Shown here: piece by piece, positions 1 to 8,046 of the stretch
Layout: each line of letters opens with the position of its first letter
Numbering within the stretch: position 1 is the first letter of the stretch
NCBI GenBank assembly: GCA_022824545.1
Contig: JAJDZR010000271.1
Location: 1-52,136 of the forward strand
Reading direction: 5' to 3'
DNA from: Chloroflexota bacterium
GTDB taxonomy: Bacteria; Chloroflexota; UBA11872; UBA12225; JAJDUF01
DNA: 52,136 bases
Notes under the pieces: model-generated
Seen by the model: only the letters and a program-made list of their open reading frames with translations
What the model was told of the DNA's origin: nothing
The model's database searches: none
Program-made: the position numbers and the translations under genes

Positions 1-306
1 GTCGGCGCCGTCTCGGTGCATGGCTCCAATGGGCTATGGGGGCTGCTGGCGGTCGGTATCTTCGCCGATGGCAGCTACGGTGACGTCAAGGGCTTGATCG
101 TCGGCGACGTTGGGCAGCTGCTCGCGCAGCTCGTGGACGTCGGTGTAGTGCTCGTCTGGGGCTTGGGGACCGGCTTTATCCTGTTCGGCATTCTCAAGGC
201 CACGATGGGGCTGCGTGCTCCCGAGGAGGAGGAGTTGGCGGGCCTTGACGTGGCGGAGCACGGGACCGAGGCCTACCCGGCCGACACGACGGCGACGGCG
301 GCCTGA
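1..306 (+). CDS. amt: Ammonium transporter (Amt family), C-terminal fragment; the gene starts upstream of the window
   Basis: Frame 1 is open from nt 1. Translation VHGSNGLWGLLAVGIFADGSYG...GFILFGILKATMGLR matches the conserved C-terminal helices of Amt proteins. Stop TGA at 304-306. Confidence 0.85.
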   Translation, partial: VGAVSVHGSNGLWGLLAVGIFADGSYGDVKGLIVGDVGQLLAQLVDVGVVLVWGLGTGFILFGILKATMGLRAPEEEELAGLDVAEHGTEAYPADTTATAA

Positions 307-318
307 TCTGAGTAATCG

Positions 319-373
319 CGGCGTCCTGAACGCCGACCTACGGTGACCGGCTGATCCGAGAGCAGCCGGTCAC
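319..373 (+). terminator. Two stem-loops just after the amt stop: cggcgt/acgccg at 319-335, and gtgaccggctg/cagccggtcac at 343-373
   Basis: An 11-bp perfect stem with a 9-nt loop is followed by tctgctt. The U-tract is weak, so this is only a candidate intrinsic terminator. Confidence 0.35.
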
Positions 374-441
374 TCTGCTTAATGGAGCGTTCACTGGCCG
401 GACAGAACCTGCGGAAAACCCGGTATCGCCGCCTCGCGCGG

Positions 442-471
442 TTGACAGAATGACCTGCGGTAGGCTACTTT
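442..471 (+). promoter_or_regulatory. Candidate sigma-70-type promoter (TTGACA-N18-TACTTT) for the solute-binding protein gene
   Basis: Perfect -35 TTGACA at 442-447 and a TAnnnT hexamer 18 nt downstream, in the 373-nt gap before the CDS at 680. Confidence 0.25.
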
Positions 472-516
472 TTGCAGCGACATTCCGCTTTGGGGATGAG
501 TACACCTATCCACCGG

Positions 517-538
517 CCCCTTCCCTGGAGGGAGGGGG
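517..538. repeat. GC-rich palindromic repeat, C-rich/G-rich arm type (ccccttccctggagggaggggg)
   Basis: Same CCCTCCC...GGGAGGG arm design as the copies at 2186-2232, 13783-13812, 36704-36729 and 36745-36778. Confidence 0.5.
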
Positions 539-679
539 TTGGGGTAGGTGAGATCAGGAAAACTACTCAGAAGGAGGCGGCGGAGCGAGCGTAGAGCGAC
601 AGTGGTTGTGTGCGAGGCAAGCAGTTGAGGGTACGGACAGCACCCTCGTAAGCAACTTCCGTGAAGGAGGAAGAGCCAG

Positions 680-2104
680 ATGGCAGGTGTAATCCGCAGA
701 AAGTATCTCGGTGGAGCCGCGGCGGCTTTGGGCGGTCTCTTGGCTGCCGCGTGCGGTGAGCCAACGGTGCGCTACGTCGGGCAGCCGCAGGCCGGCCCAG
801 CCGGCCCAGCCGGTCCCGCCGGGCCGAAGGGTGCAACGGGCGCGCAGGGTGCCCAAGGCGCTGCGGGCGCAACCGGCATGGCGCCGGTGCAGCTCCGCAT
901 TGGGATGAACGCCCGCTTCCACTGGGGCGAGGACGTTGGCCAGGAGATCACTGCGCCGCTCTTGGAAGCCAATCCCTGGTTGAGCTTTGACCTCATTCCG
1001 AGCTACAACCTGACCAAGTTCCGCACCGAGGCGGCCGGCGGCGCGCCGCCCGACGTCTACTCCAGCGGCAGCTACTGGGCACAGGAGGACTACGTGCTCG
1101 GCCTGACCATCCTGCTGGAGGACTACATCAAGACCAGCAAAGTGCTCGACAAGTCCGACGTGTGGGAATCATTGCGTCTTGACGTGGAGTTCAAGGGCCA
1201 AATGACGGCCATGCTCTACGCGCCGGATACGCGCATCATGTACACGCATGATGACAACGCCCGTAAGGCCGGCATTGATCCGGATAGTCCCCCGCAGAGC
1301 TGGTCCGAGCTTGAAGAGAACGCCTTCAAGGCGTTCAGGAAGGCGGACGACGGCAAGGTCGAGCACGCCGGCTGGTACCCCTTCTGGGGCAGCGGCGGCC
1401 CGTACCTGTGGATGGTGCCATACTGGCAGTTGGGTGGCGAGCTGCTCAACCAGGAGCAGACCGAGGCCGTCTTCAACAACGATGAGGCCATCACGGCGCT
1501 GACCTGGCTGAAGAAAATCGTGGACGGCCAGGGCGGCTTTGCGGCGCTGGATGAGTTTCGGGCGGGGCGCCGAGGCCATGCGATCCTGGTCCAGGGCGAC
1601 CAGACCTACCTGCACGCCACGCTGTCGGAGCGCGGTGAGACGATCCGTCCCGCCGACCCGAACTTGGAGTTCCATGTCAGCTCCTACCCGTTGCCCGATG
1701 CCGGCGGCGTGGTGGCAAACTACGGCGGTTGCCACTCGCTCCCGATTGCCAAGCTCAGTGAGCATCCGGACGAAGCCTGGACGTTCATCGAGTGGGTGAC
1801 GCGCGAGGACAACAACATCAAGTTCGCTAACCGCTTCGACCGCGTGCCGGTGCGGATCAGTAGCACGAACTCCGATGCCTACATCCAGGGCGATGCGGCC
1901 AAGATGCTGCAAGCCCAGGAGATGACCAAGCGTCGGTTCGTGATCGCCGCGCCCGGTGGGCGCGAGGCGCTGCGGCATCAGAACGTCAGCACCCCGGTCA
2001 TCAAGGGCGAGGCGTCCGTCAAGGATGCGCTTGACGAGGGCGTGCGGCTGACGAACGAAGTGCTGGCCAAGTTCCGGCGCCAGGCCGAAGAGCGCGGGCT
2101 GTAG
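680..2104 (+). CDS. ABC transporter extracellular solute-binding protein (family 1, sugar-type), Tat/lipoprotein signal, with a collagen-like Gly-X-Y linker
   Basis: SD gaaggagg lies 8 nt upstream. The N-terminus IRRKYLGG...LLAAAC is Tat-like with a lipobox-like Cys. Ten consecutive GXY triplets follow (GPAGPAGPAGPKGATGAQGAQGAAGATG). The rest is typical SBP_bac_1-like sequence (WYPFWGSGGPYLWMVPYWQLGG). Confidence 0.85.
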   Translation: MAGVIRRKYLGGAAAALGGLLAAACGEPTVRYVGQPQAGPAGPAGPAGPKGATGAQGAQGAAGATGMAPVQLRIGMNARFHWGEDVGQEITAPLLEANPWLSFDLIPSYNLTKFRTEAAGGAPPDVYSSGSYWAQEDYVLGLTILLEDYIKTSKVLDKSDVWESLRLDVEFKGQMTAMLYAPDTRIMYTHDDNARKAGIDPDSPPQSWSELEENAFKAFRKADDGKVEHAGWYPFWGSGGPYLWMVPYWQLGGELLNQEQTEAVFNNDEAITALTWLKKIVDGQGGFAALDEFRAGRRGHAILVQGDQTYLHATLSERGETIRPADPNLEFHVSSYPLPDAGGVVANYGGCHSLPIAKLSEHPDEAWTFIEWVTREDNNIKFANRFDRVPVRISSTNSDAYIQGDAAKMLQAQEMTKRRFVIAAPGGREALRHQNVSTPVIKGEASVKDALDEGVRLTNEVLAKFRRQAEERGL

Positions 2105-2113
2105 TTCAGCGGT

Positions 2114-2322
2114 GCGCCTCACCCCCACGCCCCCGCTCCACCTGGTGGAGCGGGGGCGTGGGGCGGGGGGTTGTAGTCTGGTGTGTCCCCCTCCCTAACC
2201 CTCCTCCGGAACTGGCTCCAGGGGAGGGAGGATGCCGCCCCCCGTGAAGGCGGGGGGCGTACTGTCGTTGGGGCGAGGGCTGCAATCCACCGGCGATGGT
2301 AGATTCCCGCGAAAGCGGGAAT
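2114..2322. repeat. Cluster of four different GC-rich palindromic elements
   Basis: Components: head motif GCGCCTCACCCCC plus a 19-bp-arm palindrome (2124-2162); a CCCTCCC...GGGAGGG element (2186-2232); cgccccccgtgaaggcggggggcg (2236-2259); attcccgcgaaagcgggaat (2303-2322, identical to 48852-48871). Confidence 0.65.
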
Positions 2323-2354
2323 GACCGGATAATGTCAACGCGGAAAGAGTCCCG

Positions 2355-3050
2355 ATGACACTGACACCGGAGCAGACCTGGCTCTTCAGGACCAACGGCT
2401 ACGTCAAGCTGCCGGGTGTCTTGCCGCCGCAGCTAGTGGCCGACCTGAAGGCTGCCGTGCAGCACGACATTGACCAGGCGGTCGAGCCGGTCGTCCGCAA
2501 CCATGACGGCAAGATCGTCCGTATCTCGAACATCCTCGACCGTGCGCCGATCTTTCGCGACCTGGCTGCCCATCCGTTCATCCTCGACCCGCTGGAGCGA
2601 CTGCTCGGCCCCAACATCGAGGTGCTACGTAACCGCCACAATCACGCCACGATCCGGCTGGCGGAGCGCCGAGACCTGCCGCTGCACCGCGATGTGTCGC
2701 AGTGGAGCCGCCCCATCGTCTCGGTGATCGTCTTCCTCGAAGAGTCGCGCTGCGAGAACGGCGCCACGCAGATCGTACCCGGCACACACCTGCTGCCCTG
2801 GGTACCGAATGTCGAGACGGCCGCGCAGCAGATGGGCCTGCGCGATCAGGTTGTGCGCGTAGAGATGCCCGCTGGCGGGGTGCTCGCCACGCACAGCCTG
2901 GTGTTCCACACTGTTGGCCTCAACCGCACGACTGGGACCCGCACGAGCATTACGCTGGGCTATCACAGCGCCGACGAGTTGGCCGCCGGCGATGATGCAC
3001 AGCGCCTGCTGGTCCGTGGCGAGCGCGTGTACGCCGGCCACAGCTACTAG
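2355..3050 (+). CDS. Phytanoyl-CoA dioxygenase (PhyH) family Fe(II)/2-oxoglutarate oxygenase
   Basis: FRTNGYVKLPGVL start, an HRD (HxD) motif and a distal His (THSLVFHTV) are typical of the PhyH family. Confidence 0.8.
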   Translation: MTLTPEQTWLFRTNGYVKLPGVLPPQLVADLKAAVQHDIDQAVEPVVRNHDGKIVRISNILDRAPIFRDLAAHPFILDPLERLLGPNIEVLRNRHNHATIRLAERRDLPLHRDVSQWSRPIVSVIVFLEESRCENGATQIVPGTHLLPWVPNVETAAQQMGLRDQVVRVEMPAGGVLATHSLVFHTVGLNRTTGTRTSITLGYHSADELAAGDDAQRLLVRGERVYAGHSY

Positions 3051-3142
3051 GAGCACAGCACATCATGGCTGCGACACAACCCGCCCCGGGCAAGTGTTCC
3101 AAGGGACAGTCTGATACTCTCTCTACAGGTGGTCCACCCGAC

Positions 3143-3148
3143 TATAAT
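3143..3148 (+). promoter_or_regulatory. Perfect TATAAT -10 box 6 nt upstream of the antitoxin ATG (leaderless-type arrangement)
   Basis: gacTATAATcagggcATG. There is no SD between the box and the ATG. Confidence 0.4.
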
Positions 3149-3154
3149 CAGGGC

Positions 3155-3436
3155 ATGAGCATCATCTACTCTACGGAAGAAGCCAGGGCACGGTTCCCGA
3201 CAATCCTCCGGCATGTGCGTGCGGGGAATATGGTCACCATCACCTGCGACGGAAAAGCCGTGGCCGAAATCCGTCCGGTCGAGCAGGACCTGCGGGAAAA
3301 TCTGACCACCGAGGAGTGGTTCAATTACCTGCGACAGCGCGGGATACTGAGCGGATCGGGAGAGAAATGGCAGCCGCCTGAGGGCGTGGAGCCTAATCCG
3401 GGCGCACTCGAACGGTTTCTCGCCGAGCGGGGCTAG
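3155..3436 (+). CDS. Type II antitoxin, Phd/YefM family
   Basis: MSIIYSTEEARARFPTILRHVRAGNMVTITCDGKAVAEIRPVE is a typical Phd/YefM N-terminus. The stop overlaps the toxin start by 1 nt. The longer track ORF from 3065 is probably not used. Confidence 0.75.
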   Translation: MSIIYSTEEARARFPTILRHVRAGNMVTITCDGKAVAEIRPVEQDLRENLTTEEWFNYLRQRGILSGSGEKWQPPEGVEPNPGALERFLAERG

Positions 3437-3822
3437 TGAGCGTGAGTCGTGCCTACATTGGCACGTCCGTGATAGCCGCCATTGCCCTTAATGAAGTGGG
3501 CAGCACTGATCACGCCCGGCGGCTGGGCGACTTTTCTCAGCTCTTCTCCTCGAACCTGCTCGAAGCCGAGGTGCGGGCAGCGCTTGCTAGAGAAGGACGT
3601 CAATTCGAGGCCGGATTCATCTCAGGCATCGAGTGGGTCTTTCCGGACCGCTCCCTCGGCCCCGAGTTGGCTGTGGCCTTGGCGGCCGGTTATCTGCGCG
3701 GGGCTGACCTATGGCACATTGCTACAGCCCTCTATGCCGCCCCGGAGCCGGGCGAGATTGCATTCGTGACACTCGACAACCGCCAGCGAAGCATTGCTGT
3801 TGCCCTCGGGTTCCGGGCGTGA
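3436..3822 (+). CDS. vapC: PIN-domain VapC-like toxin (first catalytic Asp position is Gly)
   Basis: GTG start overlaps the antitoxin stop. PIN pattern: AYIGTSV (normally D-T-S/N-V), LLEAEV, GADLWHIATAL, FVTLDNRQ. Confidence 0.7.
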   Translation: MSVSRAYIGTSVIAAIALNEVGSTDHARRLGDFSQLFSSNLLEAEVRAALAREGRQFEAGFISGIEWVFPDRSLGPELAVALAAGYLRGADLWHIATALYAAPEPGEIAFVTLDNRQRSIAVALGFRA

Positions 3823-3838
3823 GCCGAAGGAGTTCATT

Positions 3839-4795
3839 GTGTCCGCATCCGGTCCTGCTCTACAAGGGTCCCAGCCGCAGAGGATCGAGGGGATTGTGCC
3901 GATTATCCCCACGCCATTCGACCCGGACACCGAAGCGGTGGACTATGCCGCGCTCAGTCGCCTCGTCGAGTTCGCTGCCGGCCGAGATTTCGGGGCGATC
4001 TGTCTACCGGCGTATGCAAGCGAGTTCTATAAGCTGGATGAGGATGAGCGCTTCCGAGTCGTCGAGACTGCCATCACGGCCGCAGCGGGGCGCGTGCCGG
4101 TCGTTGCCCAATCCAACCACCCCGCGGCCCGCGTCGCTGCGGCCGTAGCCCGGCGCAACGCCGACTGCGGTGCGGACTTGATCTCCTTTGCCATCCCGCG
4201 CCAGTTTGCGCTCACCGACGACGACCTCTTCGACTATTGCAGCACGATCATGGGCGCCGTGAAGTTGCCGGTACTGATCCAGGACTTCAATCCGGGCGGG
4301 CCGAGCATGAGTCCCGCCCTATGCGCGCGGCTGCACGCGGCGCATCGGAACTTCCACTACGTCAAGCTCGAAGAGCCTCTGCTGGGACACAAGATCGCCG
4401 CCATGCGGGAGGCGACCCAGGACCAGGTTGGCGTGCTGATCGGCTGGGGCGGCATGTATCTCATGGAGCTACTGGCGGAGGGAATCTGCGGTCTCATGCC
4501 CGGACTGGCCAAGGCGGACCTCCAGGCGCGAGTCTGGCGTCTCGCGCAGGCCGGCCAACTGGACCAGGCACAGGACATCTACGAGGTCGTCCTGCCGCTG
4601 GTGGTCCTCAGTCTCCAGAACCTGGAACTCTCCCACCAGCTAGAAAAGCGCCTACTGGTGGCGCGTGGTGTGCTCGATCATGCCACCGTCCGGCAACCTA
4701 CCTATACGCCACGACCACAGGTGCTAGAGTACGCCGACCGGCTCAACCAGCGCGTACTTGCGCTGCTGGATACGCTAGGACTGCCCGCGGCCTAG
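3839..4795 (+). CDS. Dihydrodipicolinate synthase/N-acetylneuraminate lyase (DapA) family class I aldolase
   Basis: SD GAAGGAG at 3826-3832 with GTG at 3839. IVPIIPTPFDPD...VDYAALSRLVEF and YVKLEE (Schiff-base Lys region) are typical of the DHDPS family. Confidence 0.8.
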   Translation: MSASGPALQGSQPQRIEGIVPIIPTPFDPDTEAVDYAALSRLVEFAAGRDFGAICLPAYASEFYKLDEDERFRVVETAITAAAGRVPVVAQSNHPAARVAAAVARRNADCGADLISFAIPRQFALTDDDLFDYCSTIMGAVKLPVLIQDFNPGGPSMSPALCARLHAAHRNFHYVKLEEPLLGHKIAAMREATQDQVGVLIGWGGMYLMELLAEGICGLMPGLAKADLQARVWRLAQAGQLDQAQDIYEVVLPLVVLSLQNLELSHQLEKRLLVARGVLDHATVRQPTYTPRPQVLEYADRLNQRVLALLDTLGLPAA

Positions 4796-4851
4796 CTCCC
4801 ACCCTGGTCCTCCATCGTTGCGATCCCTCGTTGCGGTAGGGAAGAAACGTC

Positions 4852-4880
4852 GTCCCCCCGCACGCGGGGGGACCATAGGG
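4852..4880. repeat. Palindromic repeat GTCCCCCC-N6-GGGGGGAC followed by CATAGGG
   Basis: gtccccccgcacgcggggggaccataggg. Near-identical design at 13824-13856 and 36787-36817; a variant at 2236-2259. Confidence 0.65.
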
Positions 4881-4901
4881 AGGCCGGAAGGAGAACCGCC
4901 G

Positions 4902-6371
4902 ATGATAACCGTCTCCAGCCCGCCGGAGGCCCCGGCAGCCACTCCGACAGTCGAGGAAAGCGATGCGCCGGCTGAGGACGCTCTGCCGCTCGGTCAGGTT
5001 CAACCGTGGATCTGCCGCGAGAATATCGCGCCGCGTATCTGGTCGGAGGCTGACCGGACGGTGCTGTGGATGGAGTCCAACGGCAGTGAAGGCTGCTATG
5101 GCGGCTGGGAGCTACTCTTTCCGGTTGTTTCCCAGCCGCCGGCCCGCGCCGCACCACACCTGGCACCGTCTGTGCGGCGCGGGCCAGCGAGTGATACGTT
5201 GCTGCTGGAGCTGGCGGCGGAGGCAACCGGGCTGGAGCGTGGAACCGACGAGTTGGTGGTCGAGGCGTTCTGGTACGACGATAGCGGCGCGGAAGTGAAC
5301 TGGGACCCGGTGTTGCTGGACCGCGCCACTATGGATGACGACGGTCGCTTGTCCCTACGCTACGCCAAGGCGCTCCGGTATCCGGCCGGCGCGACGCGGC
5401 TCGGTGTCCGCTGCGGCCTGCGCTGGTCGCCGCAGGGTCGGGTGCGCTGGCATGGCTGGCGCTTGCAACGGACGGCGCCGCGACCACCGCGGACGCTGCG
5501 CTTGGGCGTTGCCTCGGGGTGGCCGGGCAAGTGGGTGAGCGCGGCGGCAAGCATTGCCCACTATGTCGAGCAGTGTCGCCGGGCCGGCGCAGCGGGCGTT
5601 GATCTCGTCTGCCTGCCGGAGACGATCCTGAGCTACGGCAGCCCGGACCGTAGCCCCGCGGCCATCCACGCGCAGGCCGTCCCGCTGCCGGGGCCATGGC
5701 TGGAGCCGTTTCGGGAAGTGGCCCGTGCGTACCGCATGGGTATCTGCTTCTCGGTGCTCGAACGGGCCGGTGCTCACAATGAGTTGGTCTACAACACGGC
5801 CCTGTTGCTCGGCCGCGAGGGGGAGCTAATCGGCACCTACCGCAAGGTACATCTGGCCCTCGTGGAGGCCCGACAGGGTGTAGCGGCGGGACACGAGTTT
5901 CCGGTCTATACGTTCGACGGCGTAACGGTGGGGATGGGCATCTGCATGGATTCGTCGGCTGCCGAGACCTGTCGCATCCTCGCGCAGCGCGGCGCAGAGA
6001 TCATGCTCATGCCGATCATGGGCGATTTTCGCGCCACTCGGTGGGTACACGGCGCCAGCGAGTTCGACACGGAGCGCTGGAAGCTGGTGCAACGCGCCCA
6101 TGCCTTTGATAACCACCTCTACGTCGTCGCCTGCCGCAACGCCAACTTCGGGAGCGCCATCACCGCGCCGTGGGGCGAGATCATCGCCTACAACGATGGC
6201 GACCGCGACCTCATCTGGGCCGACGTGGAACTGGATCGGCCGCGCTCACACCCGCTGGGCGCCTCAATCCAAGCCGTGCTGTCATCCATGCGCCGGCCCT
6301 CCGTCTACGGCTCACTGGCCGACACAACCCACCCTGTCGGATCAGCCCGCCAGCGCGGCCGCTGGGGCTGA
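4902..6371 (+). CDS. Carbon-nitrogen hydrolase (nitrilase superfamily) with a ~215-aa N-terminal domain of unknown function
   Basis: SD ggaaggag with ATG at 4902. The C-terminal domain has the E-K-C triad context (VCLPET, YRKVHL, GMGICMDS). The track ORF from 4818 reads through a repeat element. Confidence 0.8.
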   Translation: MITVSSPPEAPAATPTVEESDAPAEDALPLGQVQPWICRENIAPRIWSEADRTVLWMESNGSEGCYGGWELLFPVVSQPPARAAPHLAPSVRRGPASDTLLLELAAEATGLERGTDELVVEAFWYDDSGAEVNWDPVLLDRATMDDDGRLSLRYAKALRYPAGATRLGVRCGLRWSPQGRVRWHGWRLQRTAPRPPRTLRLGVASGWPGKWVSAAASIAHYVEQCRRAGAAGVDLVCLPETILSYGSPDRSPAAIHAQAVPLPGPWLEPFREVARAYRMGICFSVLERAGAHNELVYNTALLLGREGELIGTYRKVHLALVEARQGVAAGHEFPVYTFDGVTVGMGICMDSSAAETCRILAQRGAEIMLMPIMGDFRATRWVHGASEFDTERWKLVQRAHAFDNHLYVVACRNANFGSAITAPWGEIIAYNDGDRDLIWADVELDRPRSHPLGASIQAVLSSMRRPSVYGSLADTTHPVGSARQRGRWG

Positions 6372-6391
6372 GGCGCCTCACACTTTGGATA

Positions 6392-7897
6392 CTAGCCACT
6401 ACTGGCGACGGGCCGGTCGAAGCCATCGCGGGGCTGAGGGAGCGCGCCGCCGTGGTTCCAGACGGTTTGCTCGGTGGTCAGCAGCCGGTTCAGCAGTAGC
6501 TCGGCGTGCCGCTGGACCTCGTCCCGATAGGCCGGGTCGCCGGCCACGTTAACCAGCTCCTGCGGGTCCCGCTCCAGATCGTAGAACTCTACGGGGTTGT
6601 CGCGGCCGGAGTAGACGTACTTGTAGCGCGCGGTACGCAGGCACTTGCTCCGATGAGTGCGGTCGTTGCTCACGTACTCGCATAGGACGGCGTCTTTGGT
6701 CGGCGGTCGGGTGGTGGCCGTAGGAGATTCCAAAATGGAGCGCAGGCTGATACCCGGAAGCTCGCCCGGCTGCGGAATACCGGCGTAGTCGAGGATCGTC
6801 GGGGCGAGGTCAACGTGCTCCACAAGGCTGTCCACCGGGCGGGGCCCGGCTCCGGCCGAACTGCCCGGCGGCACGACGATGTAGGGAGCGCGGATGACTT
6901 GCTCGGTGAAGTTACCCTTCCCCAACATGCCGAAGTCACCCAGCATCTCGCCGTGGTCGGTGGTGAAGATGATGAGGGTGTTGTCCAGCAGCCCCCGGCG
7001 CGTGAGGGTGTCCATAATACGTCCCATCATGGTGTCAATAAAGGACACCATCCCCCAGTAGTAGGCGATGATCTTGCGGATTAGGTCCTCGCCGCCCTCG
7101 CGGTCGAAGCGGCTGGGCCGGTCAGCGCCGGGGGCGTTGAGCTGGCGGGCGTACAGCAGGGGCGGAATCGAAATGGCATCCTGCTCGTACATGCTGGCGT
7201 ATGGCTCCGGTGGATCGAACGGTCCATGCGGGCCGCAGAAGCCACACCAGAGGAAGAAAGGGCGCTCCGGCGCGCCGGTATCCGGCCGCTCCAGGTAGCG
7301 CCAGGTGTTCTCGCCAATCCAGTAGTCCACGTATTCGTCGGCAGCAAGCGTGTTCACGATGGCCGTGGATTGCTGGCGATACTCGGGCCGGCGGCGTTGC
7401 TCGTAGATGGACTCGTAAGCACCGGGACGTTTTCGTTCGAGCCATTCCGCATAGACGGGGCCAAGCTGCGAGGGACCGAACGGCGATCCTTCGGCGACCG
7501 TCCAGCGTGACCCTTTCCCCATCGTCAGGGCCGTCTCGTCGAAGCCCTTGGGCGGCAGCATGTGGATTTTGCCGAAGGCCGCCGTCGCGTAACCGGAGGC
7601 CTGCAACCGCTCCATGAACGTCGTCTCCCAGGGCGGGAGGCCCGGCGTGCTGCCGATGACCGACTCCATATGCTCCATGCCGTGCTGATGCGCGTAGCGG
7701 CCGGTCTGCATGCAGGCGCGGCTGGGCATGCACACCGGGTTCTGGATGTAGCCGTGCCGAAAGAGGGTGCCCCGCGCTGCCAGTTGATCCAGGTGCGGGG
7801 TTCGCACGTGCGGGTTGCCGGTGACGCCCAACGTGTCGTAGCGTTGCTGATCGGTCGTAACCAACAGGATATTGGGGCGTCGTGGTGTATCTGCCAT
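6392..7897 (-). CDS. Sulfatase (arylsulfatase family, formylglycine-dependent)
   Basis: PNILLVTTDQQRYD and the CMPSRACMQTGRY (C-x-P-x-R) signature. The ATG at 7897 gives the canonical N-terminus. Confidence 0.9.
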   Translation of the reverse strand: MADTPRRPNILLVTTDQQRYDTLGVTGNPHVRTPHLDQLAARGTLFRHGYIQNPVCMPSRACMQTGRYAHQHGMEHMESVIGSTPGLPPWETTFMERLQASGYATAAFGKIHMLPPKGFDETALTMGKGSRWTVAEGSPFGPSQLGPVYAEWLERKRPGAYESIYEQRRRPEYRQQSTAIVNTLAADEYVDYWIGENTWRYLERPDTGAPERPFFLWCGFCGPHGPFDPPEPYASMYEQDAISIPPLLYARQLNAPGADRPSRFDREGGEDLIRKIIAYYWGMVSFIDTMMGRIMDTLTRRGLLDNTLIIFTTDHGEMLGDFGMLGKGNFTEQVIRAPYIVVPPGSSAGAGPRPVDSLVEHVDLAPTILDYAGIPQPGELPGISLRSILESPTATTRPPTKDAVLCEYVSNDRTHRSKCLRTARYKYVYSGRDNPVEFYDLERDPQELVNVAGDPAYRDEVQRHAELLLNRLLTTEQTVWNHGGALPQPRDGFDRPVASSG

Positions 7898-8046
7898 GGT
7901 ATGACCGTCCCTTTCTCGTGGAGTTGAGGATACGCGGCGCACTACGGGAGCGCAATCGGGCTCTCATTGCCCGTTGGCGGTAGTACACTAGTTGAGATGG
8001 GCCGAGCGTGCAGTTAGCCGGGGCGCCCGGCAGGGGGAGGAAGCTG

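Noticed and set aside
1169-2128. Long antisense or overlapping ORFs in the track, e.g. 1169-2128(-), 7122-8267(-), 32844-33866(+), 38000-39211(-), 49786-50472(-), 42614-43249(-), 10320-10871(-)
   Set aside because: They lie opposite or out of frame to genes with clear family signatures. They are Arg/Pro/Ala/Gly-rich, as expected from stop-poor alternative frames in high-GC DNA. They lack SD sequences.
2114-2322. Clusters of hairpin repeats considered as a CRISPR array
   Set aside because: The units are different palindromes of unequal length with no regular repeat-spacer periodicity. No cas genes are present.
4818-4901. N-terminal extensions of track ORFs at 4818, 36738, 3065, 13888, 44142 and 45508
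   Set aside because: The extensions run through palindromic repeat elements or lack SDs. Internal starts have good SDs or promoter spacing, and they give canonical family N-termini.
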